From NCBI GenBank assembly GCA_051047955.1, contig JBPGPT010000018.1, positions 1 to 64,000 of the forward strand: a stretch of 64,000 nt of DNA. The letters are read 5' to 3'. The notes beneath the pieces are model-generated. The model did no database searches. It was not told the DNA's origin and saw only the letters and a program-made list of their open reading frames with translations. The translations under genes and the position numbers were made by a program. This DNA is from Cystobasidiomycetes sp. EMM_F5 (lineage: Eukaryota). This document shows, one piece after another, positions 41,261 through 53,529 of this stretch (position 1 is the stretch's first letter; each line of letters opens with the position of its first letter).

Positions 41261-43408
41261 ATGCAGCTGCTGGGTATGCAGATCATCCGTATCGCTTGAT
41301 AGCGCTCACTCTGCTTTGTTCCTACAGACTTACCAGAGGAGACTTTGCAAGGCATCATGTCGCAGATGCCATCAACGAGACTCAAACAAATGTCGCTTTG
41401 CAGCAAGCGACTGTGTCAGCTTGTCACGCCTGTCTTGTTCGAGGAGCTCGATCTCTCTAATCGGGATGGCGCCGAGCTCGATGACATGTACAACCACCTC
41501 TTCGGCTGCCACGCGACGGGACGCCTTAAGGAAGTGCGTTTTGACAGTGTATCCTGTCAATTCCTGGAAGAGATGTGCGAGCAGTCGGACCTTTTGGGAG
41601 CAGAATTTGTGGAGCGTGCCAATGCAATCGGCAGACTTTTGGGAGCCATACACTCGGCTCACACCTTGCGACTAACAGTCTGTCTTTCATCTGAGGTCGA
41701 TGCAGACGCCTTCCACGAAGATTTCCTCAGCGCGGTCAAGCAGACGGTCAGTATCATTACGTCTAAGGTGGTTTGCGTGGAGATCTATGGAGACCATTTC
41801 AGTTTCTCGGACGGTCTTGAGGGACTCGACAGTATGCTGTCACCATTGGCAAAAATCAGGGAGGTCATCCGAGTCTTGCCGGCAGACATAGTATCCGGTG
41901 TCTATCTCACCGGTTTCGATACACAAGACAGCCATTCTGAGGGGCCAGACATCTCCGAACTGAAGAACGTGCAGACGCTTTCTCTGAAGGATTGCCCAGG
42001 CAGCTTTGCAGAATGGAATTCACAATCGCTTACCAATCTGTCCGTGACCTGGGGTGCGCGAAATGACGGAGAAGATATCGCCTTCTGCAGCATGCGCCTC
42101 GCCGTACGCCTGATCACGATGTCGGCTGAATCGATTTGCAGCTTGACACTGAACAATCTCGGCGGTAGGACCTTCCACAGCATGATTGCGGGACGTACAA
42201 GTAACCTTCCCAGACTTATAAAACTTCAAATCACGGACGAAAGCGCCGGACCCGGCTCGTGTCTCGCGACATTGTGTGATGCATTCACAATGAACAATCT
42301 CCATTCGCTGTACTTCGAGACGAACAACATCTTCGAGACTGACCTCGACACCTGTTGGGCTCATCTACCCAAACTACAATTCCTTAGTTTGGCTGAAAGT
42401 AGCCTCGTGCAACCTCGCAAGCTGGGTGCAGCCGCGCCGTTTGATAGCATCACCGAGACCTGCAAAAAGAGAGAGATAACTCTTCGTACTGCTCTGTCCT
42501 GTCTGCGTTGCGATTCCGCCGCGGAGCTTCAGGCACATCTCGCTAGGGTAACATATTTATCGGATACTCTCGCCGCTGTCTCATTGGCCACCGGGTCATT
42601 GGCTCTGCAGGGTTTACGATGTGTCAACAGTGAAGTCCTCAGGTGCTTGACACGTCTGTCAATTTGCATCACGGATGCTTCTCAAGCACTGGATAATTCA
42701 ACTGCCGATGAGATAGCCCCATCGTTGCTGCATCTGCTCGAGTTCTATCGCGCCCCGAATCTGGAGCACTTGGGCGTGACGGTGTTCACAAAACATGGCG
42801 ACCAAGCTGCCAGGGACATTACTGCAGTCTTGCGGAGCCAAGCATATCCGAATCTGCACGCGCTTGATGGCGCGATAATTGCCGCTGGACCAGCCTCTCC
42901 GGATGAGTATCACCAAATTGAACAGAGTATGCGTACAGTCACAGACTCGCTAGGCCTTGACAGCCAAACGATGCGGTTTATCACTCGAAGCCAGCTCGGT
43001 GCGGCCGAAGACCATACTTCCTTCACAGATGAGGAGGAAGAGAGCGAAGATAGTACAGAAAGCGAAGAAGCGAGCGACGATGGAATGATGGGGCACGCAG
43101 ACGACGAGGATCACCTGGTTTGTGGTCGAAGCTTTGGCGAAGAGGTTTCTGGGTTGGACCCAAATGCTGCCACGCAGGACGAGGAAGATGGCAATAACGT
43201 AGACCTGAGCGGAGACGATTGGAGTGCGGACGAGCTTTACGCCGCTGATGTGACTCCCCGTCGTGCTCATTTCGCAAGAACGCCGACTTTCGCACATACT
43301 TCCAGGGCTTCGTCTAGGCGACCTTTGGAGCTTTTGAAGAGGCGGGAAAGCACTGATGATTCCGCCGACAGCTGGTCTACGGATCACAGCGATCTCGACG
43401 ATGAATAA
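41261..43408 (+). CDS. F-box protein with an LRR-like body and acidic tail
   Basis: MQLLD/LPEETLQGIMSQMPSTRLKQMSLCSKRLCQLVTPVLFEEL (F-box consensus across an intron), followed by LxxLxL repeats. Confidence 0.75.
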
Positions 43409-43683
43409 TCACGTCTGGATAGGGTGGATTGCGAAAGCACGTATCATGATGAAACGTCCTTTAGTAGAATCCAGCCGAAGGATATGTGCCGAGCTCTTTC
43501 GCCTCGTCGTTTGTTGGATGGCCGCTTGTCTTGAGTACCAAGAAATGACCGACTAGGGCTTGCCAGACTCAGCCAGACTGACTGGACGAGTCTTTGAAGC
43601 TGAGAACTTAGCAGAGCTCGGGAGGTGCGACCACCGACCGCGGAATTACTGTGGTCACTGAGGTCAAAGCTGACTGAGCGGTA

Positions 43684-46600
43684 TCAAGTTCCCACGCGTC
43701 TCTTCGGCTTCGCATGGGGCAATGCTGCCGCAAGGCTGGCATACGATGGCATCACAGGCTTCTGCGGTTTTGATGCCGTCGCAACCGATAAAGGATCGAC
43801 AGCTGCACTGGGGACTGAATGCGGTCCTAACACGACATCGCTGGTAGACTTCCGGCTTTTGCTGGGCTTCACGGGGGCTCCTTCATGCCTGTCTGCAGCT
43901 TTCGTAATGGGAGACGTTGATTCCACCCGCGACATGGTTGTTGGGCTGGTGGATATCGATAAGCTTGTCGTTGATGCTGATGATGAGAACGATAACGGAA
44001 TTGCATTGCGTAGAGCTTGCAACGAAGATGAGTCTGCCGTGGTCGTAGACGAACTCGTGCTTTCAGCACGACTATCTCTGGGGATGCCTTCTTTGCTGAG
44101 AGCAATCACAACACCATTGCCTTCAGTCTTGCTGCTGTTGTGCACAGGAATATTGCCAAAGAAAGTGACGTCCCGCAAGTCAAGCGCGGCTTCATCGCCT
44201 GCGGAGCGCCGGCGGCTGTGAAGTGAAGGCCGTCGAGAGTCTAGGAATGGCAATGCGGTTGCTTCCTTCTGTGAGTCCTTGGTCTGCATATCAGTCGCAG
44301 GTGATGGCATCTTTTGTCCGCGCTTTGAGACACCAGAGGACGTCAAAGCATGAGCGGGCAAACGCGGTGACGGTAATGTCAGGTCTTCCGGCACGGAAAG
44401 TGCGACGCTGACAGCATCGGTGAAAGGACTAGTAGCGTACTCGCTGACCAAGTCGCTTTCGAAGACACCCAGCCCAGCGAGTTCTGTTGGTTCCGACGAG
44501 TAGAATGCTGCGTCGAAATTACCAAAGCGAATGGATCCCGCCTGTGGAAGTAGTGCAGGCGCCGTTACCAAAGTCACTTCTGCAGGCCGACTTTCTGCAT
44601 CACCATCACTAGACGGTCGCTCGCTCAATACCTGTTGCACAGACTCTGAATTTGATGACGTCGACGCCTGTTGATCCCCTCCAATTTGTATGGTTGTTGT
44701 AGCAGATGGCACAGGGACGTCGAACTCCGCTTGCTCAGCAATCGTTTGAGCTCCGTCCGCACGGCCAGAAGGTCTCCCACGAAAATTGCTGACCGAACTA
44801 CCTCGCGAGGGTACTCGACTCGACACACCGCTTCCGCCACTGTTACCCATACGACGCTGGTCGCGCGCGACCCGTTCTAGTCCAGCAAACACAGATGGGT
44901 CAATATTGTGTACTCCGGAAATATTGCTCGTCAGCGATGACAATACCGCGTCATTTTGCTGCACTTGCTGATGCACTGATGGCATCGGCGAGAAAGCGGG
45001 CAACATTCCCCCAACCATGCTGGGACTTGTGGGAGCTGTAGCAATTTCCGCTCCACCGGCTTCAGACACTGAAGAAGTCCCTCGATACAGTCCGTTGATG
45101 CCGTTTCGTGCTTCTCCAGCATCCCATGAGCTACGTCGCTCGAGCTGAGGCGGAACGGCTTGCCTTAAGCCGTTAGAGCCCGTGCTCTTAGCAAGGGGAT
45201 GGCTTGACATCGGATGGAGGAAATGAGACTGGGCTGAGGATAGATGATGTAGAGAGGTAGGATGCCCATGCGCACTCTGACGCGGAGGCCTATACTGATG
45301 TTCGTGAAACCGCTTTTGCGGACCGCGCATATTGCGCATAGGCGTGGAGGCCAACAAGGCCGGCAAGCTCGCAAGAATCTGCTGTTGAGACATCTGCATC
45401 TGACTGACCTGTAGGTGCTGTTGATATTGCAATTGCTGCAAGTTTGCTTGCGACAAGACCTGCGAGCCCAACCCTGCTCGTTCCTGCTCATTCAGCGAGC
45501 TCGGAGCATCATCGGCAAGCGGTGTTGCCTGTAAATTGTGCGAGTAAAGAGGTAAACCAGCAGATTGAGCATGTGGGACTCCATGTGCCATGGCCCAGTT
45601 GCGGAAATCTTGATGATTGGGCATCATGGTCGGTTGTAGCCTTGGCGAAGGAGCGGATCGTCTTCGATTCGTAGGCTGCGCCGGTGCTTGCATAATGTAG
45701 TCTTCTCTATCGTCAACCAACTCGGATATGATCTTATTGATGTTGAAGGACCCTTCGTGGTGCCTTGCGCTTCTGAGTATATTTGCAGCACGAGCAATTT
45801 CGCCCCGTATCTGTAACCAAGTCTTAGTGCGCGTATGATCAAGACATTGTTGAAATGGCTCGTACCGTAAAAAGACCGTCGGCAGTGACAGTGCGTGCGA
45901 CGTTGTAGTCCGTCTGAAATGGATCCTCGATGCATAACCTATTCAGGTTGCGCGGGATATTTGCTCGATCTCCTTCCATCATTTGCTGAAAGTATCGTGC
46001 GCCTCGTCAGCGATCCCGTCGTCCATTGATTACATATAGTACCTACGTCTGTATGCCAACCCTTGCTCATCTTTGACAGTATGCCGCCCTCGGTCCGTAT
46101 GGAGACAACGTCAAAGTTGTATCTGAATTCCTTCTGATAGTGATGGAAGAATCCAATGAGGAGTTCGCCAACTGAATCTCTATTTGTGCACTGCCAGTTC
46201 TGTAGCAGTACTCCAAGATCATCAAAAAAGTATATATCCCTGCCTTCAAACTCTGCCTTTTCAATTGGCTGTGAAGACGGAGGTTGCAGACGCTGAAGGT
46301 TAGGTAACACTGCGGGTTTTCGAACGTTGATGAGGTAGTGGATAACGAGAAGAACGTAGCCGTATGAGCTTAGAGTGCCGTGATAGGGGTTATTAAGTTT
46401 ACGCCGCTTCGTCCAGACTTTCACTGTACGTAAAGCGTCAGAACAAGCGTAAAGACAGCAGAGTATGCGACCCACAAAAGAGTACAAGCAATCGTAACCG
46501 AGAGTCAGTCATAGCATACGTCAGGAGGAGACGAGTATTCTCTAGAGCTAGACGATTTTCGAAACCAATATCGCACGATATACTGTTTGGCGCGTCCTTT

Positions 46601-47810
46601 GTGGGTGGCATCTCTAGCTTGATGATGGGTATCCGAGCGCGAGAGAGCATCTTGACAGAGAAAGTTGGAGCTTCCTGCTTTATGAGGTTGCCTAGCACTT
46701 CCACCAGTTCGCTGGCTGGGCGCGGGGTCTGTCCCGGCGGACCAATATAACACAGGTCCATATCTAGGCGCGCGCAATGTGCGTTTCAGCAAACAAGCAC
46801 AGGACTTTCCGGACGAGTATTAGGCAAGATCACATACCGCTATTTCGCAGCGCCATACCGTTGGCTTGACTGCCAAAAGGCAGCAACTTTGCGCCTGGAC
46901 ATACGCGATCTGCAAGTGTCTCGAGAAACTTTCTTGCCGTCTCCTTTACTTGATACTCTTCGGTGGTGGGCAAGATGCTCGGGATGAAGGAATGGACCAA
47001 GACTTGGGTCAGTTCGCGCGCAATGGCTTCACTCGGTCTCGGCAGGCGTGCAGGACCGGCCTGGTGCGGTGTGCTAGGACCAGCATGGAGGTTGCCGTTA
47101 TTGGCATGAGCAGAAGCTGCGTACCCGTTAGTGTGTATGCGGGGATTGTTGCCTCCCGATAGATTGTTGTTGTACGCGTTGTGCGGATAGTACTGCGACT
47201 GCGACTGAGTCGAGCCAGCATGCAGACTGCTCATCGGAGGACCCTGTCCGGATCCAGAAGACGACGTCGTCCGTCGTGTAGACTCACCCGACCTGGACGC
47301 AGCGCCGTTTGCATGCGCAGGAGAGGCTAAATTCGTCGAGGATGCTTCGCCTTCGTACTGCGTTGGGAGAGCGCCCGAGTAGCGCATCGTAGGTGATCTC
47401 AGTCCATTTACATGCTGGTATCCGCCATTTCGAGCTGGAATATACGCCGTTCCATGGCTGTTGCTGCTGGACGTTTGCGACGAGGTTACGCCGTTTATGC
47501 AGAGTCCATCCGGGACGCCCAGGTGGTTCACTGAGCCATTCCCGAGGGACGACGATGCTCTACTTGACGCAGACGACGTCTCTCGTCGATACTGCTGGCC
47601 AGCTGCCTGATATCCGCTGTCCTTTACGGCCGAGCCCACGCCTGCTGCAGTGGGCGTTGAGGGCGAGTATGGCGTATCCGACCCTCCAGCTTGCGATAAT
47701 GAACCATCGACATCTCGAGGTGCCGCACGGTCTTGGTTGCCCTCTGGCTTTGCATCCGACTCGACGCTCAGAGTGCCCAGCGCCGTCGCTGTTGCAGTCA
47801 TGGCAGCCAT
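43684..47810 (-). CDS. CID1: Cid1-like non-canonical poly(A)/poly(U) terminal nucleotidyltransferase
   Basis: PFGSQANG...SDMDLC, ARIPIIKL, CDIGFENRLALENTRLL, KVWTKRRKLNNPYHGTLSSYGYVLLVIHYL, LPNLQ and CIEDPFQTDYNVAR; long disordered termini. Confidence 0.88.
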
Positions 47811-48146
47811 GTTGGCATACGCAGGGCAGTCCTGTAGTGTCCTTGGATGGCAGTATTGTAATCCTCAGTGCAGTATATTGTAATTGCACAGCTCGGTGGG
47901 AAGGAGAGCTGAAATTCAAAGGCCGCCACTGGTAAATAGGCTGAGGCTGGTCAATAATGCAACGCACAGTCCTGCGGCTAGTAAGAATATATGGCTTTCG
48001 CTGTGATTTGCTCGGGGCTGGTAGATGAATACTGCTCTTTTTGGGTTTTCTAGTTTTACGTCTTCTTCCTCTCCACGTCCAGGACGGACGCGACATACGC
48101 TCAATAACACGCTCGTCTCCTCCCCAGCTCCAGCGTACCCTCTGCG

Positions 48147-50799
48147 TCACCGCGCTAGCTCTCGGAAGCTGTTCTCGACGCAGTTCTTGATCTCGCGATA
48201 GCTTACAATCAGACAGCTCTGCTCATCGCGCGAAACGAGGGCAATCTGCTCCTCCACGCCCACGTCCAGCTTGTTGAGGCAGGTGAGAACGTGGGATAGA
48301 TCAATGACTGGTCTCCCATGCTCGTCAATCTGATGAAAGACATAATCTCGAAATAGCTTGACAATGTATCGATCCCCAGTCTCTGCCCAACGCGGGTCGT
48401 GGTCGTATCTGCCAATGCACATCACACATCAGCCTACTGCACTCTACGGACATACTTTGAGTGCAGACAACTCACGTGGATCGCTCGTTGATGAAGCCAA
48501 ACTTTGACAAGAGCCGCACTAGTCTGCCATTTTCCAGCTCCTTGGACAGTTCCGATTCCAGCAAGTCATTTTGGCTGCAAAGGGCGCGTCAGACGAAGTT
48601 AATGTCGAAAACAAGCAGTGTAACAGTAACATACGTGAGCGTACCGCTCAGCTCTTCCACTAGACGCTCGCGAATTATACCCAGAAACTCGTCGATACTC
48701 TTACGCATCGGGTTTGGTTTGCTTAAAAGGTAGAGTATGGCATTGTGTAGTTCCTGACTATACGTTCTCGAGATGACATCGAGAGCTTGATTTAGGTTGT
48801 GAATGGCCGAAAGTGACAATGTCGCGAGAGAGACGATGAGCTTGCCGAGGGACAACAAGTCTTCTTGCTGAAAGGCAGCGAGGTTCTTTCCGCCATCGTA
48901 TGCAATCACGTCCATGACTCCGCAGCAATTGATGCGGAGACGGTTCTGGCCGGTGATGAGTATCTTGCTCGGATCAAGACAGCGTATTGCTTTGCCTGCG
49001 GTATGCACGGCCTTCATGGCCGACGCGAGCTGGACAAGATACGACCAGAGAATCCGCTCAGGTATCAGTCCTTGCGGTGGTACTCCTCTGGCAGGTTGGG
49101 TCAAATGCGCTTCGAGCAGATTCGAAGCCAGTGGGTGGTAGTCATACACAAACACCATTGCTATCAATCGTAATCAGCCGAAGGTACGCGAAAACGTCGC
49201 AAACACCCACAATGATCACCGAAAGCCCTGGTGGTGAAGGCCTCGCGGATACCCACCAGAGAAGGATGCTTTAAGCGGGTCCATCCCTCGACAGTCGCTA
49301 TTGCCGCTTCCGACATCAGTCTGAAGGCTATTTGAAAGCGATCCCTGAGCTGAAGAGATGGATGGATGAATTAGAGCAAGACATACCTTCAATCCGCCTG
49401 ATGGCATAGACTTTGGCATCTTCTGCATTAGTCGCCTTGTAAACCCAACTTCTGTAGCCAAACACGCCTGATCCGCCACTACCTGGAATAGCTCGACCAT
49501 GCTGATCCAATCGCAAGCCTTGTTGTGGTAACTGGTCCGGCATGCGTTTATCAAGAGGGAGCAGGCCCCAATAATCGCCCAACTCGCCATCAGCGGCAAT
49601 CTTATGTGTAGGCAATTGCGCAGTTGCCTCCATCCTGCGCTGCAGATCTTCGCGAAGAGTCGGAGACATGAAGAAGGTCTGCGCTACCAAAAGATGGGGG
49701 TTGGCTGCTGGGCTGGCGTGGGGAAGAGGTGGCTGATATAAGTGGTATTGCAGCTGATTAGGCGTAACATGGAATTAGTCTGAATCATGCAAATGAATAC
49801 GTATGGAATAAATATACCGGTTGCAAATGCTGTGCAGTCCCCGCCTGCGTATAGTTACTGTCTATATCGTAATATGGGTTTTGGGATAAATCTACTTGGC
49901 CTTGCCCATCAGAGTAGGCGTAATCATACGTATGTGCGTCGACACCTTGGTCTGAATATTCGAAATGGTCTGTCGCAGGCAGTGAAGCGTGTTGCGAAGC
50001 CGGCGTAGCATAGGGATTGAGTTCGTCAAACTGTAGAGGCAAGTTCAACATTCCGTCCCCGCACATCTCGGAGCAGAGTGACTTGCTTCATCTTGAACAT
50101 ATTCGGCAGGTTGCGGCGGTTCATCAGTCGCAGCCCCACTACAATGGCACGAAAGGGTAAAGCGTCAAGGTGCTGTCGAATCCATCATGTTTCGCCAAGC
50201 TGACCTATTTCCCGCGGCAGCCTTTGGCACAAAGACCTCCGAGGTAGCTGGAGTAAAGACATTCGAACTGGCCTTTGGGATAAAGACGCTGGCATTGGCT
50301 GCAGCGGCACCGAGAGTCGCGGACGATGATCCCGCTGCAGACAGAGTCGGGGTTGCAGGTCTAGATGAAACGGGGGTGGGAATGTCCAGCAGATGAGACT
50401 TGTTCTGCCGTTTCGAAAAAGCTCTGAAGCGTCAACCGTCTGGAATGTATCTCTGGCTCCAAGACAAACGCACGTTTGGATCGTGACTGAACGCGCAGCC
50501 CTTGTCCTGGAACTTGCAGTGCCCGTAGATTGCGATATTCTTGCACAACTTCTGTGCGGCTCCCACTGCTCCTGCCGCTGTCGTGGAAGCTGCCGCGAGC
50601 TCAGCTGTTGGATGCAACAGCCAATCCGCAATATTCAGTCAACATTCAAGACACTGCCAGCATTCTCAGAGCACCGATTGGACATCCATAACCCACCTGG
50701 TCGCTTGGTCGGACTCGCTGGCGCTGAAGCTGTAGCGGTACTGATACTCGCACCAGCAGCTGGCGGCTTGACGATCCGGATAGCTCGGGACCCAGACAT
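48147..50799 (-). CDS. PAN3: PAN2-PAN3 deadenylase subunit Pan3
   Basis: CCCH finger [26 protein letters not shown]2-like NASVFIPK, pseudokinase [27 protein letters not shown] and [20 protein letters not shown]. Confidence 0.95.
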
Positions 50800-51236
50800 T
50801 ACTGATTACTGACGGAGCTGACTGCCAGCTAACAGTGTCATGCTGGGCATAATAGAATGCTCCTCCGCGTCATGAGAGCCGTAGCAATGGGGTTGAGGGC
50901 AAAGGAAGCCTTGTTGGTGATGCTGGAGAGTGGATACAACGCGGCCGATTCGATAGTGCCAACGCGCTATCAATACTGTTCCCCTCTCTCTCTCTGCCGG
51001 CCTCATCAATCAGCTGGTATAGGTCTCGTTACGTTTGACACTGCAGCGGGACCCATTGTGCTCAACTGGACAATAACGCTGTGCAATGACCGACAGAAAG
51101 CACTGCCCGTCCATTCTGCAGATTTCAGTACCTCTCTGCGATAGCCAGATCATCGTGTTTCTCGTCACGCGCACTTTGCACCTTTTGCTCCGGTCAAGTG
51201 CTCCACCTATACATCCTCCCCGCGAATTCGACCCAC

Positions 51237-52070
51237 ATGGATCACGCTGCAACCGTGCCTTCGCCCTCAGAGATCCAGAGAAGATGGAGTGAATACTTGA
51301 GCCAGCGTCAATCTTACTTGGAGAACCGGACTTGGATTCAAGCCACGATACTGGGGTTCAGCGATTACGGCAATAGCACTGAAGGTACCCAGGATGCCCG
51401 GGAGATCGACCCATCGTCTGTCCTGTACATTAGAACCCAATGCAAGCTGGATCCAGCCGGGAAAATCTCTCCGGGAGTTGTGTTTATAGTGCCTATAAGA
51501 CCTGAGGAACGCTCGGCTTTGGGTGGAAGCGATGACGCGCTGACGGTCATATGCAAGACCGAGACACCCCTGGTCTTATTTACCCCACGCCGCAGCCGAG
51601 TGCCCGCTCCGCTGTCAGGGAACTGTTTGCACAATAAACAATTAACCCATTTCGCACAATTTACTGGCGAACTACAGCCCAGATCATCCCTACGCTCGTT
51701 CAGCGAAAGAACGCCAAGTTACAACGCAGCTTCTCAAGCAGCGCTGAACAACCGAGGCCATTACCGTGGAATGGAAAATAGAGGCAGCCGAGTCGGTAGA
51801 GGCAGCAGCAGTCGTGCTGGATATCCCAACAGCCGCAATCCTGTCGGAGGTGTACAACGATCTGGTCGACCGTCTAGGCGTGTTGAACCACCGCACGCCC
51901 CAACCACCGTGGTTCATCACGCCGCAACCGGAACAGACATCACCAGAGCCGACAGGGGCCTGCCTGCCAATACTCCTACTGGCCCGCGTAATTCCAGGGG
52001 AGGTGCATGGCGCGGCCGTGGAGGACACCAGAACTATCTTCGAGGCCGGAGTCGAGGCGGAGGCTTATAG
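51237..52070 (+). CDS. Unassigned intronless protein, paralogue A (folded N-terminal domain plus RG/RGG-rich tail)
   Basis: 277-codon ORF from ATG 51237, with clear amino-acid similarity to 52708-53529. Confidence 0.75.
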   Translation: MDHAATVPSPSEIQRRWSEYLSQRQSYLENRTWIQATILGFSDYGNSTEGTQDAREIDPSSVLYIRTQCKLDPAGKISPGVVFIVPIRPEERSALGGSDDALTVICKTETPLVLFTPRRSRVPAPLSGNCLHNKQLTHFAQFTGELQPRSSLRSFSERTPSYNAASQAALNNRGHYRGMENRGSRVGRGSSSRAGYPNSRNPVGGVQRSGRPSRRVEPPHAPTTVVHHAATGTDITRADRGLPANTPTGPRNSRGGAWRGRGGHQNYLRGRSRGGGL

Positions 52071-52707
52071 GCACGTCGCGTATGAGCGATGCGCCATGCT
52101 TGCAGCACTCCATGGGCGAGTCCTACGTCTTCGCTCCCTTCCGGTCGCTTCTCGATGTGGCTCTCGTCGTGGACATGCCCTGAATAACGCAAACCGTCCA
52201 AGCGTCACTATCACGAATCCCTCTGCTTTGTCCTGTTTTAGAACAGTCTCAAATGCTGAAAGCACATTACAGTAATACCGATGAAGATAGCCTCGCCACT
52301 CATATCCTATGCTTGCCGCGCAAAGCTTGATTTATCGCGTGCACCTCTCCAGGAGATACGTACCGCGCCGTATTATGTTGAGCCATGACTGAAGTGTTAC
52401 GGGCAGATAACGAAACACTACTAAGTGCTGACGCATGAATCTAAAGTAACGGTAACTTGTCGTCACCACGCTCGACATCTCCCATTCAAGATTGTCCCTT
52501 CGGAAGCGTTCCAGATGCAGTGAGAGATGGTCTGGCCGACCGTGCGAAGCGCTGAGCGGATTGTCCAGCAGGGGCACAGCCTACGCGCTAGAGCAGTATC
52601 TTGCTGCTCTCAGCTTTCGCAGGTCTCGTTCTTACTGTTTGTCTGTGTAGCATCACTCATACCTCGCTCCCAAACGCGGGACTGACTGGCCACAGCCGCG
52701 TTGCAAC

Positions 52708-53529
52708 ATGAGTACATCAGGCACGACTCCGCAAGGCTGCATTAATATTACACAGACTTCAACAAGGTGGAGTGACTACCTCGCAAAGAACGGCAGGCAT
52801 CTCAGAGGGAGACTCCATTTCTATGCAAAGATACTGGGATTTAGCGATATTATCAAGAGCTCTACGGGTACGAATGATGCTCGTGCCGTTAGTTCAGCAT
52901 CCACACTCTACATCCGTTGTCAGTGCATTCCGGGTGGCCCTGTCCGCGAGGGTGCCTTGTTTACGGTGCCCATCAAGCCTGCACAGCGAGCCATGCATGG
53001 AGGTATAGATGGGGCTTTGTCAGTCATTTGCATGACTGGCACTGCGCTTGTCTGTAGAGGCATAGGCTTCAGAAAGGACTGCTCTCCGGCATATGGTAAT
53101 TGCCTCTATGATAGCCAACTCTTCCATTATGCTGAATATGCAAACGAATTACCGTCCATGGAAGGACAGCCTCCTTTCACCGAAAAGAACACCATAGCTA
53201 CTTCAAATACAGGTGTCGAGCTATCAGAAGCACAGTGGAAACAACGCACTCATCGCGGTCACTCGAGCAGAGGACATATTCGTGGTGATCATGGCAACGC
53301 TATCGGAGGTGTGCAACGGAGCGGACAACGCTCAACCCATCAGCAATCACGGAACGCCGTCTCCGGAAGAGGTTTCGACGAAGCCGCTGGTGCTGCCCCT
53401 CTGAATGCTGCTTCCGGCTCGCGTTTACCAGGACGAGGTGAGCACCGCGGACGTGGCGGACGCCGGGACTTTCGTCGGAGCCAGGATGAGGCGGCAATGT
53501 ACAGCCACGACAGGCGTGAGCGATGCTGA
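52708..53529 (+). CDS. Unassigned intronless protein, paralogue B (folded N-terminal domain plus RG/RGG-rich tail)
   Basis: 273-aa ORF sharing RWS.YL, ILGFSD, GT.DAR, LYIR.QC, VPI.P, AL.VIC.T, GNCL, GGVQRSG and RGRGG with paralogue A. Confidence 0.75.
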   Translation: MSTSGTTPQGCINITQTSTRWSDYLAKNGRHLRGRLHFYAKILGFSDIIKSSTGTNDARAVSSASTLYIRCQCIPGGPVREGALFTVPIKPAQRAMHGGIDGALSVICMTGTALVCRGIGFRKDCSPAYGNCLYDSQLFHYAEYANELPSMEGQPPFTEKNTIATSNTGVELSEAQWKQRTHRGHSSRGHIRGDHGNAIGGVQRSGQRSTHQQSRNAVSGRGFDEAAGAAPLNAASGSRLPGRGEHRGRGGRRDFRRSQDEAAMYSHDRRERC

